64,000 nucleotides of DNA, taken from Terriglobia bacterium (GTDB lineage: Bacteria > Acidobacteriota > Terriglobia > 20CM-2-55-15). Positions 36,516 to 46,048 of the stretch are shown here, piece by piece. Location of the stretch: the NCBI GenBank assembly GCA_963664115.2, contig CAXWPJ010000009.1, forward strand, positions 992,001 to 1,056,000, given 5' to 3'. Made by a program: the position numbers and the translations under genes. The notes beneath the pieces are model-generated. The model searched no databases and was not told where the DNA came from. It saw only the letters and a list, made by a program, of their open reading frames with translations. Each line of letters opens with the position of its first letter. Position 1 is the stretch's first letter.

Positions 36516-37430
36516 ATGTTGAGGTGCTGTGAGTTTGTTGTAACGAGCGCGGTCATTGTCTTGCTTGCCGCGTGCTCGGGCCCGGAACCGACGGGAACGC
36601 CGGAACCGGATTCGACTGCGGCCGGGAATCAACAAGCGGAGCGTGTGAATTGGAATCTGAGGGCGCCGTGGGCCGAGACGCGGCAGGACGGCACGCGCGA
36701 GAACAAGACTCCCTTCAAGATTTTTGACAACGTGTACTACGTCGGACTTCAGACCGTATGCTCGTATCTGATCGACACGGACGAGGGATTGGTTCTGATC
36801 GATACAACCTATACCGACACCGCCGATGCTGTGCTCGACAACATTCGGACCTTGGGTTTCGATCCCGAAGATTTGGAATACATCTTCGTGACCCACTCTC
36901 ATACCGACCATGTCGGTGGCGCGGCAAGAATCCAGGAAGTGTCCGGTGCACGTGTGGGAATGGCGCTCGGAGACTGGGGCGTCGTTGAGGGGCAGGAGGA
37001 GCTCGGGCTCACTCAGGATCTCGTTCTTGAGGATGAAGCATCCATGACAGTCGGAAACATGACGTTTTCGTTCTACCTTACGCCGGGACACACACCCGGT
37101 TCGACCTCGATCGAGTATCAGGTGCAAGATGGTGAGAACTCCTATCGCGCACTCAGTGCCGGCGGGCTGGGCATGTCCATGGGCCCGGTGGAAACGCTGA
37201 CCTTTCTCAGTAGCGTCGAACGGCTTAAGGCCTTGGGTCCGTGGGACGTAATGCTGCCCAATCATCCGTGGTTGATGCCCGGCACGCTCGCCGATGTAGA
37301 GACAGGCTTGTCGACACGGGGAGATGGGGCGCATCCAGGCGTCCTCGGCTCCGAAACCATCGATGGGTGGATTGATTCGGTGCTGACCGTGATCCATCAA
37401 AAAATCGACGCAGACGCGCAGACGCAATAG
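36516..37430 (+). CDS. Metallo-beta-lactamase-fold lipoprotein (subclass B3-like)
   Basis: Lipobox LLAAC, PFKIFDNVYYVG, THSHTDHVGG, TPGHTPG, LPNHP. GGAGG RBS. Confidence 0.85.
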   Translation: MLRCCEFVVTSAVIVLLAACSGPEPTGTPEPDSTAAGNQQAERVNWNLRAPWAETRQDGTRENKTPFKIFDNVYYVGLQTVCSYLIDTDEGLVLIDTTYTDTADAVLDNIRTLGFDPEDLEYIFVTHSHTDHVGGAARIQEVSGARVGMALGDWGVVEGQEELGLTQDLVLEDEASMTVGNMTFSFYLTPGHTPGSTSIEYQVQDGENSYRALSAGGLGMSMGPVETLTFLSSVERLKALGPWDVMLPNHPWLMPGTLADVETGLSTRGDGAHPGVLGSETIDGWIDSVLTVIHQKIDADAQTQ

Positions 37431-37600
37431 ACGCACAGACGCCTTAGTTGTCGAGGATCGTTGACCCCACGATCAGCAGACCCCGCGGCGGGTCGGGCGC
37501 TATGCCCCCGGGTGGCTCTTTTGCCGCTTCCGAGTGCGGGCATACCATGTGGCGCTATGGCGCCCCTGTTTTACCAGGACAACACCGGAGGACGTGAAGT

Positions 37601-38782
37601 ATGAAACGATTATTTGCCTTGATCTGTCTTCCTTTGCTTCTGAGTCTGGGCAGTGCCCGGGATCTTGCCGCACAGGACCTTCTGATACGGAACGCCAGGA
37701 TCGTTGACGACAACCGGGTGATTGAACGCGGCAACATTGTCGTCCGCGGCGGACGCATCGAATCTCTTGGTGTGGGAGCGACAGCCGAGGGGCTGACTGA
37801 AATCGATGCCGAAGGCATGACGGCCATGCCGGCCTTTATCGACGGCCACCGTCACATCATCCGTGGTCAGGCAGACGCATGGTTTGAAAATCAAGCGACA
37901 GTCAGAATGCAGGAGTTTCTCGACGCGGGGTTCACGACGCTGATGGAAGGCGGCGGACGTCTTCCGGGAATCACGGAGTTGCAGCGCCGCATTGAGGGTG
38001 GCCAACTGATGGGTCCGCGCATCATTACGTCTGCCCGTGCGAACACGAACCGTACGGCCGATGAAGCCCGGGAGCAGGTCCGTGCAGCCGCAGAGGCCGG
38101 GGTGGATATCATCAAGACCAGCATCGCCGTCACGCCGGCCGGCACCGAAAGGGAGGTCCTCAGGGCCCTCATCGAAGAGGCACACCGTGTGGACTTGCAG
38201 GTGATGGCCCATGCGGTTACCGTGCCGGCGATGAACGCGGCCGTGGCAGCAGGTGTCGACAAGCTGGTACACACCCCCCATGACAGTTTTATGACCCCGG
38301 AAGAGGCACAAGCGGTCGCCGACGCCGGCATCGAGAACGCCTCGACGATCGGGTTTGCGGTTCCGCTGTTCGATATCTTCAACAACGACAACGTGCCCAC
38401 GTTTCGCGATGGCAGTTCCTGGCCCGAAGACATCACAGGGACCGGGTCGAACGCGGCGGGCGAGAAAGCGGTCAACGCACGCACGCTGTGGGATGCGGGC
38501 GTCGTTTACGGCTATGGCACCGACACCGGGTATCTGCCTCGGGCGGCACTGCAACACGAACTGCGTTCGCTCAATCTGATGTTCTCTCCTCTGGACCTTG
38601 TCAAGCTGATGGGGCCGGGTTCGGCGGCGTTTGTCGACATGAGCGACGACCTGGGAACACTGGACACGGGCAAGCTGGCCGACATCGTACTTCTTGGCGG
38701 GGACCCGTTGGAAGGGTACTGGAATTACCTGGACGTCAAGATGACGATCAAGGAAGGCGTCGTCGTTTCCGATCAACGTTAG
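37601..38782 (+). CDS. Secreted amidohydrolase-family protein (copy 1)
   Basis: LLIRNARIVD, PAFIDGHRH, GVDIIK, MAHA, LVHTP, YGTD, GKLADIVLLGGDPL. Confidence 0.9.
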   Translation: MKRLFALICLPLLLSLGSARDLAAQDLLIRNARIVDDNRVIERGNIVVRGGRIESLGVGATAEGLTEIDAEGMTAMPAFIDGHRHIIRGQADAWFENQATVRMQEFLDAGFTTLMEGGGRLPGITELQRRIEGGQLMGPRIITSARANTNRTADEAREQVRAAAEAGVDIIKTSIAVTPAGTEREVLRALIEEAHRVDLQVMAHAVTVPAMNAAVAAGVDKLVHTPHDSFMTPEEAQAVADAGIENASTIGFAVPLFDIFNNDNVPTFRDGSSWPEDITGTGSNAAGEKAVNARTLWDAGVVYGYGTDTGYLPRAALQHELRSLNLMFSPLDLVKLMGPGSAAFVDMSDDLGTLDTGKLADIVLLGGDPLEGYWNYLDVKMTIKEGVVVSDQR

Positions 38783-38846
38783 TTATCGGATGGTGATACA
38801 AATGGGGACCGATCTTCCGGGTCGGTCTCCGTCCAACCTTTAAGTT

Positions 38847-39440
38847 TCACGCCGGCCTTTCCGTCGGCGGGGCATCCCCCGGACCGGGCAGCGAGGCTTT
38901 CGTCCCACCCTCCAGAATGTCTTGTATAGATGCATAGGCGTAAATCGTCGGCGCCTCGTTCTGCATCAGTCCTCCCGTATCCGCGGTCGGTCCGTAGGTG
39001 CTGTGCAGGTCGTGGTTGAGCATCCGTGCCAGCGATGCTTGCTGTCCTCTGTGGTGGGCGGAATGGGCGATGCGGCGGACCATGACCCATGCGCGAGAGC
39101 GGGTTGCGCCGAAGAATGAGACGGACTCTTCCCACCACGCATTGTCTTTGTCCTTCAGAACCTCGAGCCGCTTACCGGAATCCTCAGCGTATGTTGCGAG
39201 AAACGCCATACGCGTTTCCGGTGTGGGCAGCGGCGGTGCGCCCACGTCGATACCGAATATGTTAAGAAACCACAGGTTTTCGCTCACGCACTGGTGCACC
39301 ATCAGTTCCCGCACGCTGCGGCCGCGACGGTCCGTAGGGTGCGGACGAAATTCCATGTCGCCATCCCGGAACATGCTCCACATGCTGAGAGTTTTCAGTC
39401 GTTCGGTCTCGTAGGTGTCGATCAGAAAGGTGTATGTCAT
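38847..39440 (-). CDS. DinB/YfiT-like four-helix metal-dependent protein
   Basis: FRP...RSVRELMVHQ...RRIAHSAHHRGQ...YGP, the DinB His triad. Confidence 0.85.
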   Translation of the reverse strand: MTYTFLIDTYETERLKTLSMWSMFRDGDMEFRPHPTDRRGRSVRELMVHQCVSENLWFLNIFGIDVGAPPLPTPETRMAFLATYAEDSGKRLEVLKDKDNAWWEESVSFFGATRSRAWVMVRRIAHSAHHRGQQASLARMLNHDLHSTYGPTADTGGLMQNEAPTIYAYASIQDILEGGTKASLPGPGDAPPTERPA

Positions 39441-39715
39441 AGTCTCCGGTCCGCGTGTGGCCTATCGAAATCGAATTCTGAGAAGCCACTGTCCGGAACA
39501 TATCATCGCTCACACATCGCTCACACCAGCCGAGACTGATTCGGTCAACGCGATGCCTCCCGCAGCTTGCGAAGCTCTGCAGCAATCGGAAGAGAGCCCG
39601 AAGGTAGAGCCGGTTTCTGGACTGGCGTATCCCTCCACCGCGAGCGCAGGTTTCTGATGCATGCGGTATGATTTGCGGAACTGTTGGTTGGCCTATTGTG
39701 AGGAGGACGATCTGA

Positions 39716-40879
39716 ATGAAGCAATTGATAGCTTTTTTATGTCTGGCTTTTTTGTTGCACGCAGGCACCGCACCCGACGTCGCGGCTCAGGATCTTCTGA
39801 TCCGGAACGCCCGGATTGTGGATGCTAATGGCGTGATTGAGCGGGGTAACATCGTCATCCGGAACGGTCGGATCGCATCGATCGGTGCGGGCGCGACCGC
39901 TTCCGGGCTGGAGGAAATCGACGCTGAGGGCATGAGCGCCATGCCGGCCTTTATCGATGGCCACCGTCACATCATGGGACGGAACTTCGATCAGGAACGT
40001 GTCGTTCGGATGCAGCAGTTTCTGGATGCTGGCTACACCACGCTGATGGAAGGAGGCGGACGTCCCCCTGATATCGTCGATTTGAAACGCCAGATCGCGG
40101 ACGGCGAACTCGTCGGTCCGCGCATCATCACATCTGGCAGAGCGGATCCCGGCAACTTCCCGACTCCCGAAATGGCACGCGCCCAGGTGCGGGCGCTCGC
40201 GGAAGCCGGCGTGGACATCATCAAGGCACGTATCGAGGCTGAAGATAAGGCAGTACTCGAGGCCATCGTGGATGAGGGACATAGGGTCGGCTTGGAAGTC
40301 ATGGTGCATGCCGCGAACGTCCCTGCCATGGTCGCGGCTGTCGAAGCCGGTGCGGCTAAGCTGGTCCACACGCCCCATAACAGCTTCATGACTCCCGAGC
40401 ATGCCCAGATGGTGGCCGACGCCGGCATCGAAAACCTGTCGACCGTTGGCTTTGCCGTTCCGCTGTTCGACGTGTACAACAACGACAACGAACCGACATT
40501 TCGAAACGGCGCGCCATGGCCGGAGGAAATTCTCGGGACGGGATCGAACGCCGCCGGCGAAAAGGTAGTCAACGCTCGGACGCTCTGGGATGCCGGTGTG
40601 ACTTATGGTTACGGAACGGACTCGGGCTATCTTCCGAAGGACGGCCTCGCGCACGAGTTGAAATCACTCAATCTGGTTTTCTCGCCGAGGGACCTCGTTA
40701 AGCTGATGGGGCCAAACACTGCGGCATTCGTCGACATGGAAGACGATCTCGGAACGCTGGAGACGGGGAAACTGGCGGATATCGTTCTTCTGGGCGGCGA
40801 CCCTCTGGAAGGGTACTGGAATTTCCTGGACGTCAAAATGACGATCAAAGAGGGCGTCATCGTCTCCGATCAGCGTTGA
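39716..40879 (+). CDS. Secreted amidohydrolase-family protein (copy 2)
   Basis: Close paralog of 37601-38782 with the same metal ligands and a near-identical C-terminus. Confidence 0.9.
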   Translation: MKQLIAFLCLAFLLHAGTAPDVAAQDLLIRNARIVDANGVIERGNIVIRNGRIASIGAGATASGLEEIDAEGMSAMPAFIDGHRHIMGRNFDQERVVRMQQFLDAGYTTLMEGGGRPPDIVDLKRQIADGELVGPRIITSGRADPGNFPTPEMARAQVRALAEAGVDIIKARIEAEDKAVLEAIVDEGHRVGLEVMVHAANVPAMVAAVEAGAAKLVHTPHNSFMTPEHAQMVADAGIENLSTVGFAVPLFDVYNNDNEPTFRNGAPWPEEILGTGSNAAGEKVVNARTLWDAGVTYGYGTDSGYLPKDGLAHELKSLNLVFSPRDLVKLMGPNTAAFVDMEDDLGTLETGKLADIVLLGGDPLEGYWNFLDVKMTIKEGVIVSDQR

Positions 40880-41213
40880 GCACCGAGTGTTCAAGCGAGC
40901 CGATGACCATCGTCGAGTCATCTGGCGACACAATACAACGACACACTACTAAAGATGGAATCGGGCACAATTTTACGTGGTCGTCGTTTGAGAAACCGAC
41001 GATTGACAGGCCTTTTTCAGTTACCGACCCATCCGTTTTCAGGGCTTGAGTGTTTGCTTGCGTATGTGGCCCATCTGTAGTTTTATTGAACCAGATTTTC
41101 TCAGTTCGCATCGGTATGGATTCAGTCGGTGCCACACGTTCGAATTATTTAGACTGGCGCGCCAATCGTTTTGCCTTCAGGTTGGAAAGTGATTGAGTGA
41201 GGAGGCCTGTTCG

Positions 41214-41930
41214 ATGAGATCAAGTCTTGTACTAAGTATGGCTGCTGCAGTGTTACTGATGAGCATCACTCCAACGACTGGCATGGCTCAGGCAGGAACT
41301 GCCTCCGATATCAGTGGGCTCTGGGTGGGGGCGGGCAGCGCGGGTAACACCCCGAACCTCGAGCGACTACCGGGAGAGCTCCCTTTCACGGATTACGGAC
41401 TCGAACGCTATCTAAACTTCGATCACGCCCTGAACAATGGTGCACGCTGCCTGCCGCTGGGTCCGACGCGGACCTGGCAGGTCAACTACCCGTTCAGGAT
41501 TGTGCAAACCCCCGAGCTGGTGATGATCGTCTATGAACTCCGGCGAACGTTTCGAATCATTTATACCGACGGCCGCGAACACCCCGACATTATTTTCGAC
41601 TATCCGGAATGGATGGGGCACTCCGTGGGTGTTTATGAAGACGGTACGCTGGTCTTCGAAACCGTAGGGATCAACCCCAGAACCGATATCGACAACGCCG
41701 GTCACGAACACAGCGGCCAGCTGCGTCTGGTGGAGAGAATTCGAAAGACGGAGCAAGGTACGCTCGACTGGGCAGTCACCATAGAGGACCCGGAGTTTTA
41801 CACGGAACCCTTTACGCTAAGGAAGACATTCGACCCCGTGGAAAACGATCGCGTCATGGATTACACCTGCATGGAGAACGAAAAGGACGTAGGACATCTG
41901 GTGCCTGGAGTCGCTGTGGGGCCCCAGTGA
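41214..41930 (+). CDS. Conserved secreted hypothetical protein (usual DUF6152 partner)
   Basis: DISGLW...CLPLG...PFRIVQTP...RIIYTDGREHP...WMGHSVG...HSGQLRLVER...IEDPEFYTEP...YTCMEN. Confidence 0.75.
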   Translation: MRSSLVLSMAAAVLLMSITPTTGMAQAGTASDISGLWVGAGSAGNTPNLERLPGELPFTDYGLERYLNFDHALNNGARCLPLGPTRTWQVNYPFRIVQTPELVMIVYELRRTFRIIYTDGREHPDIIFDYPEWMGHSVGVYEDGTLVFETVGINPRTDIDNAGHEHSGQLRLVERIRKTEQGTLDWAVTIEDPEFYTEPFTLRKTFDPVENDRVMDYTCMENEKDVGHLVPGVAVGPQ

Positions 41931-41956
41931 GAACTGGATTTGGAGGCTTGGATTCA

Positions 41957-42358
41957 ATGAAACGCGAATTCTTGAGTGTCTTTGCCGTTGTTTTGAGCCT
42001 GACTTTGATGTCTGCGACATTGAGCGCGCACCATTCCTTCGCAGCTCAATACGATGTCAACAAGCCTGTTAAAATCGAAGGCACGGTAACGAAAGTCGAG
42101 TGGATGAGCCCTCACGTGTATTTCTACCTCGATGTTGAATCCGAAGGCCGGGTCGTCAATTACGGGGTCGAAAACGGAGCGCCGACACGACTCTACAGGC
42201 AGGGATGGCAGCCGGACACCTTGAAGGCCGGCGACATTGTGACCGTGGCAGGTTCTCTGGCTCGCGATGGTTCTTCGCTCGTGAATGCGTCAACGGTTAC
42301 CATGAATGGCCGCCGCCTGTTCGCGGGATCTTCCAATCCCGAAGACCAGGGAAACTAG
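41957..42358 (+). CDS. DUF6152-family protein
   Basis: Signal peptide, then AHHSFAAQYD...GTVTKVEWMSPH...E...L...GW...LKAGD. Confidence 0.8.
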   Translation: MKREFLSVFAVVLSLTLMSATLSAHHSFAAQYDVNKPVKIEGTVTKVEWMSPHVYFYLDVESEGRVVNYGVENGAPTRLYRQGWQPDTLKAGDIVTVAGSLARDGSSLVNASTVTMNGRRLFAGSSNPEDQGN

Positions 42359-42442
42359 CGTCCCCGCTTGCAGGTACGTAAAGTATTTCGCTGTGTCCGA
42401 CCCGCATTGGCACCGTGTCACTGTCCCCTGATTGCAACACAC

Positions 42443-43414
42443 TCACAAGTTCATGTTGTATCGGGCTGCGAGCTCCCGATACTCGTCCCTCAAGCGCAAC
42501 CTGTTGCGAACATCGGCGGGCAAAGTGTCCCCCAGGATTTCGCCGTGAGCTGACTCCGTCATCAATCCGGTATCCCTGAGTTCCATGAGAGCGTCGTACA
42601 CGGCGCCTTGAGCAATGTTTTGTACGAGCGCGGGGTACCACATCAATGCAATCCCGGCGGCCCTGGCGTCGGACACGGGTGTTCCCGATGTCATTCTCCC
42701 CATCAGCGGAAGGCCGGCCGCGTTGGCGATCCCGGGAAGGTCGTCGAACGGAACCCTCTGGTACCATAGGGCGTCCGCCCCCGCTTCCGCATAGGCGACG
42801 CCTCTTTCGGTGATGCTTTCGATGCCTTCGGTGATTGGAATCTGGCAGCGCACAGTAATGACCAACTCGGAACGCGCATCGACCGCCGCGTGAATGCGGT
42901 CGACCATTTCGCTCACAGAAAAGAATCCACCACCGAGAGAGCCTCTTCCGTCAACCATGTGCACGGCTCCGAGGCCTGCCTTGTCGAACTCCTGAATGTC
43001 ACGATAGAGGGCCAATGGTGTCGGCCCTTCGTCAGCAACGTCGATCATTATGGGAATATCGACGCTTCCCGCAAGACGTTTTCCGTACTCGATTTTGTAG
43101 CTCCCTCCCGTCAGACCGTAGCCGGGCAGGCCATAGAACTCGTCCACCGCCGAGCCGCCGATAGACAAGGACGGAAAACCCAGGATCTCCGTCATACGCG
43201 CCGTCATCACATCGTACACCGCGATGTTTTGGAACGGTTCGCCCCCTTGAAGCAAACTTCGGAATCGTGCTCCCATCGTTTGCGGCGCCGGCTCCGACTG
43301 CGGTTGGGATAGGGAAACACCACCGGCGAGTGGTTGGCTTGTCGCCACAATCCCCGCAGCCGCCAAACTGGCGCCTTGTATAAACTCGCGTCGACTGGTC
43401 ATTCGAGACATCAT
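42443..43414 (-). CDS. Isocitrate lyase/PEP mutase-family protein with a Tat signal
   Basis: SRREFIQG twin-Arg motif. VYDVMTAR...GFPSLSIGGS...IPIMIDV...EMVDRIHAAVDAR...RGVAYAEAGADAL. Confidence 0.8.
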   Translation of the reverse strand: MMSRMTSRREFIQGASLAAAGIVATSQPLAGGVSLSQPQSEPAPQTMGARFRSLLQGGEPFQNIAVYDVMTARMTEILGFPSLSIGGSAVDEFYGLPGYGLTGGSYKIEYGKRLAGSVDIPIMIDVADEGPTPLALYRDIQEFDKAGLGAVHMVDGRGSLGGGFFSVSEMVDRIHAAVDARSELVITVRCQIPITEGIESITERGVAYAEAGADALWYQRVPFDDLPGIANAAGLPLMGRMTSGTPVSDARAAGIALMWYPALVQNIAQGAVYDALMELRDTGLMTESAHGEILGDTLPADVRNRLRLRDEYRELAARYNMNL

Positions 43415-43497
43415 GCATCCCCCTTGTCCGACATTTAGATCTCACCCATCCACCGGAGAGCCTGTGCTGGCCTCGGGTGGCGGGTCAGAGAAAACGG

Positions 43498-44811
43498 TCA
43501 ATAGCGGGCGTCGATCCACCCGGCGACATAGTCGAAAAAATTCGTCACGGAATTCGCGTATTGGCCGGGCGTGGTCTCGCAGCGGGTGCAAGGGCTCCCA
43601 CCGTGAGTGGCGCCTTCGACGACGATGAAGTCCTTGTCATCGCTGGCCGCCATCTCGTAGTGAATCTCGTTGTCGCGTATGAAATAGTGGGCACCCATGG
43701 CTGTAATCAGCAGGGGGATCGTAACGTTGGCAAGCGCGCAGGGCGTCGAGTTGTTGCTGGAGCACCAGTCGATCACGTCCATGGAATCGGTGGCTCGAAT
43801 CGCGCTGGCGCTGAGGAACGAACGAACGGTGAGCAGGAGCGTGCCGGGATCGAAACTCGCGTTGGACTCGGCCCGGTCGCGGAAGGTTGGGCGGACGCTT
43901 TCTACAATCCGGGTCGCGATGGTGCCGTCATTTTGCAACAGTTTCTGAGGATTGAGAGTGCTGTGATGGACGCGGGTATCGAGTCGCAACAGCCGGGCGC
44001 CTTCGCCGCGCACGACTAAGAAAATGTCATCGTCGGGATAGGGCGTCTGGGCGCTCTTCATGCGCTGCAGTTTTTCGAGCGCCACGTCGATCAAGCGGTT
44101 CATGCGATCGGCCTGGGCTTTGAAATATGTTTGCTTGAACTCGTCCGAGTAGTTCGAATTCCCGTTCCGATTGTAGCCGTTGCCTGGATTGAAGGGGTCG
44201 AGCGCGGGGTCGATGCGGCGGGGATCGTTCTCGTCCAGCACCGCCGGGTTGATGCTGCGCAGGGCGTTGACCGAGATGCCCGGATGAGCGTCCATCAGGA
44301 TCAGGCCGTCGGCGCTGGGCAGACCGCTGAGATCAGCAGGGCATTCGACGAGCTTGTTCGCTCCCTGGCAATAGGACGGCCCTTGCTCCGCAACCGCCTG
44401 ATAAAAACTTGTCGCCGGGCCGCCGCCGCTGTGTCCGAACAAAATGACCCTGGTGATTCCTGGCTGCCTGCGAAGGAATTCAATGCCGCTTCGGATGTCG
44501 AGAGCGTTGCGCTCGAAATCCACGGCGGTCTCGTTGTTGTCCGAGCGCGGATTCATACCGAGCACCATGAAGCCGCGGCTGGATAGCTCCCGCGTGGCGA
44601 GGTGCGACAGGAAGTTCGATGTGCGGTGCGTCAGCAACACGGCGACGTGGGGAGCCGGTCCGGAATCGGGCTGATAGAGCGCGCCCTTGACGGCGCCGGG
44701 GCTGAACTGGACATAGAGCGGATTGTTCTGCGGCAAGGCTAGATTGGCAGAGCCGAGAAGGAAGATGCAGACGATGCAAACGGACGTAAACAAACGGGTG
44801 AATAAATTCAC
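43498..44811 (-). CDS. Secreted alpha/beta-fold hydrolase
   Basis: Signal peptide, nucleophile elbow LFGHSGGG, C-terminal EGATH. Confidence 0.8.
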   Translation of the reverse strand: MNLFTRLFTSVCIVCIFLLGSANLALPQNNPLYVQFSPGAVKGALYQPDSGPAPHVAVLLTHRTSNFLSHLATRELSSRGFMVLGMNPRSDNNETAVDFERNALDIRSGIEFLRRQPGITRVILFGHSGGGPATSFYQAVAEQGPSYCQGANKLVECPADLSGLPSADGLILMDAHPGISVNALRSINPAVLDENDPRRIDPALDPFNPGNGYNRNGNSNYSDEFKQTYFKAQADRMNRLIDVALEKLQRMKSAQTPYPDDDIFLVVRGEGARLLRLDTRVHHSTLNPQKLLQNDGTIATRIVESVRPTFRDRAESNASFDPGTLLLTVRSFLSASAIRATDSMDVIDWCSSNNSTPCALANVTIPLLITAMGAHYFIRDNEIHYEMAASDDKDFIVVEGATHGGSPCTRCETTPGQYANSVTNFFDYVAGWIDARY

Positions 44812-44872
44812 AATGGACCTCCGGGAATCCAGGGGAATTTTTGTCCGAATTATTCTGGCGACGTAGGGCGGT

Positions 44873-45298
44873 CTACGGTCTGATGATGTAACCCGTCAGG
44901 GTTTGCTCGCGGTGAAACTCGTGGCAGCTACCGCAGTGGTCCCTGATAGATGAATATGACTCCTGCGCCGCTTCAACATCTCCGTCGCCCACCCTCGCGG
45001 CGACGGCTGCGACGGCCTCTCGGGCCCCTCTTGCGGCACCGATCGCGTCCTCGGTTTGGAAGCGGGCCCAAAACGCCTCAGTTTCTCTGAACAGTCCTTC
45101 TAATCTGGCAGCATCTTCAGCAACCGCCGGAGCCTCACTCGCCTCCAGATTTTCGCCGAGGCTTCGGTAGGTTGCCTGAACATCCTTCATTATTTCGTCA
45201 TGGGGCCGGCCCTGATAGGGACCGTCCTGGGCGAATACGGTGGCTCCCGCTAACACCCCGGAAGCAACGATAAAAACTAAAGCAAAGTACCGATTCAT
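44873..45298 (-). CDS. Class II (four-helix) cytochrome c
   Basis: Signal peptide, helical body, C-terminal CGSCHEFHR, N-terminal Met in EIMK. Confidence 0.82.
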   Translation of the reverse strand: MNRYFALVFIVASGVLAGATVFAQDGPYQGRPHDEIMKDVQATYRSLGENLEASEAPAVAEDAARLEGLFRETEAFWARFQTEDAIGAARGAREAVAAVAARVGDGDVEAAQESYSSIRDHCGSCHEFHREQTLTGYIIRP

Positions 45299-45943
45299 CT
45301 TTCGCCTGCCTATAGCCGTCTGACCCCTACGAGGTCTTCGGCCGGAAATATAAACGTGTGTAGTAGAACGGCCCGGGAAGCCTTCTGGCTTCCTTCCTGA
45401 GAGCTTGGCGAGACAAGCTTTGCTCACGTTTCACGTTTGTGTCAAGAGAAACTCGTTGGGCAGATTGCTTGGAATTGCTCAACGCTCGATGACTGCGATC
45501 GGGCCCGAATCCGCAAGTTCACCCCTCGCGTCGTCCGTTATGTCCGCATCACTGACGGTCTCTAAAGTCGTCATTAGACAACTGTTCCCGAAAACCTCAA
45601 TTGTTGTTTGCAGGAATCCGTTCATCCCAGACATAAGGTAGCTTCATCGACAGCGAACCATGTGAAGGCGGTCTGGGGGCACCCCAGTGGCCCGTTTGTC
45701 GATTAATCCCGACGGGTCCCACATGATGGGAGGCGTGCGATGGGACAGAGCTTAACAGGAAGTAAAATCAATGACTTACACAAACGATTTGCGGGTCGGC
45801 GGTCACCACAAATCGTTTATCAGCACCCTGCCCGATGCTCCAGGCCACGCTTGAGCCGTCATCGGCGACCCCAAAACAGACCATTCAGAGGTGGCTTGAC
45901 TGATGCCCGAATCGCCATCGAATGTTTCAGTCGAACAGCATCC

Positions 45944-46004
45944 TTGACAAGGCAGGCGACGCACGATATCGTTCCGAAAGTTGTGTCTTGACAGTTAAAC
46001 TGTC
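45944..46004 (+). promoter_or_regulatory. Putative sigma70 promoter and downstream palindromic operator of TBDR 2
   Basis: TTGACA(45944)-N17-TATCGT. A second TTGACA at 45988 is overlapped by the inverted repeat GACAGTT-A-AACTGTC (45990-46004). Confidence 0.5.
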
Positions 46005-46048
46005 GACCTATTTTAGTGGGCGGTGAAATTCGATACCGTGGAGGAGAA

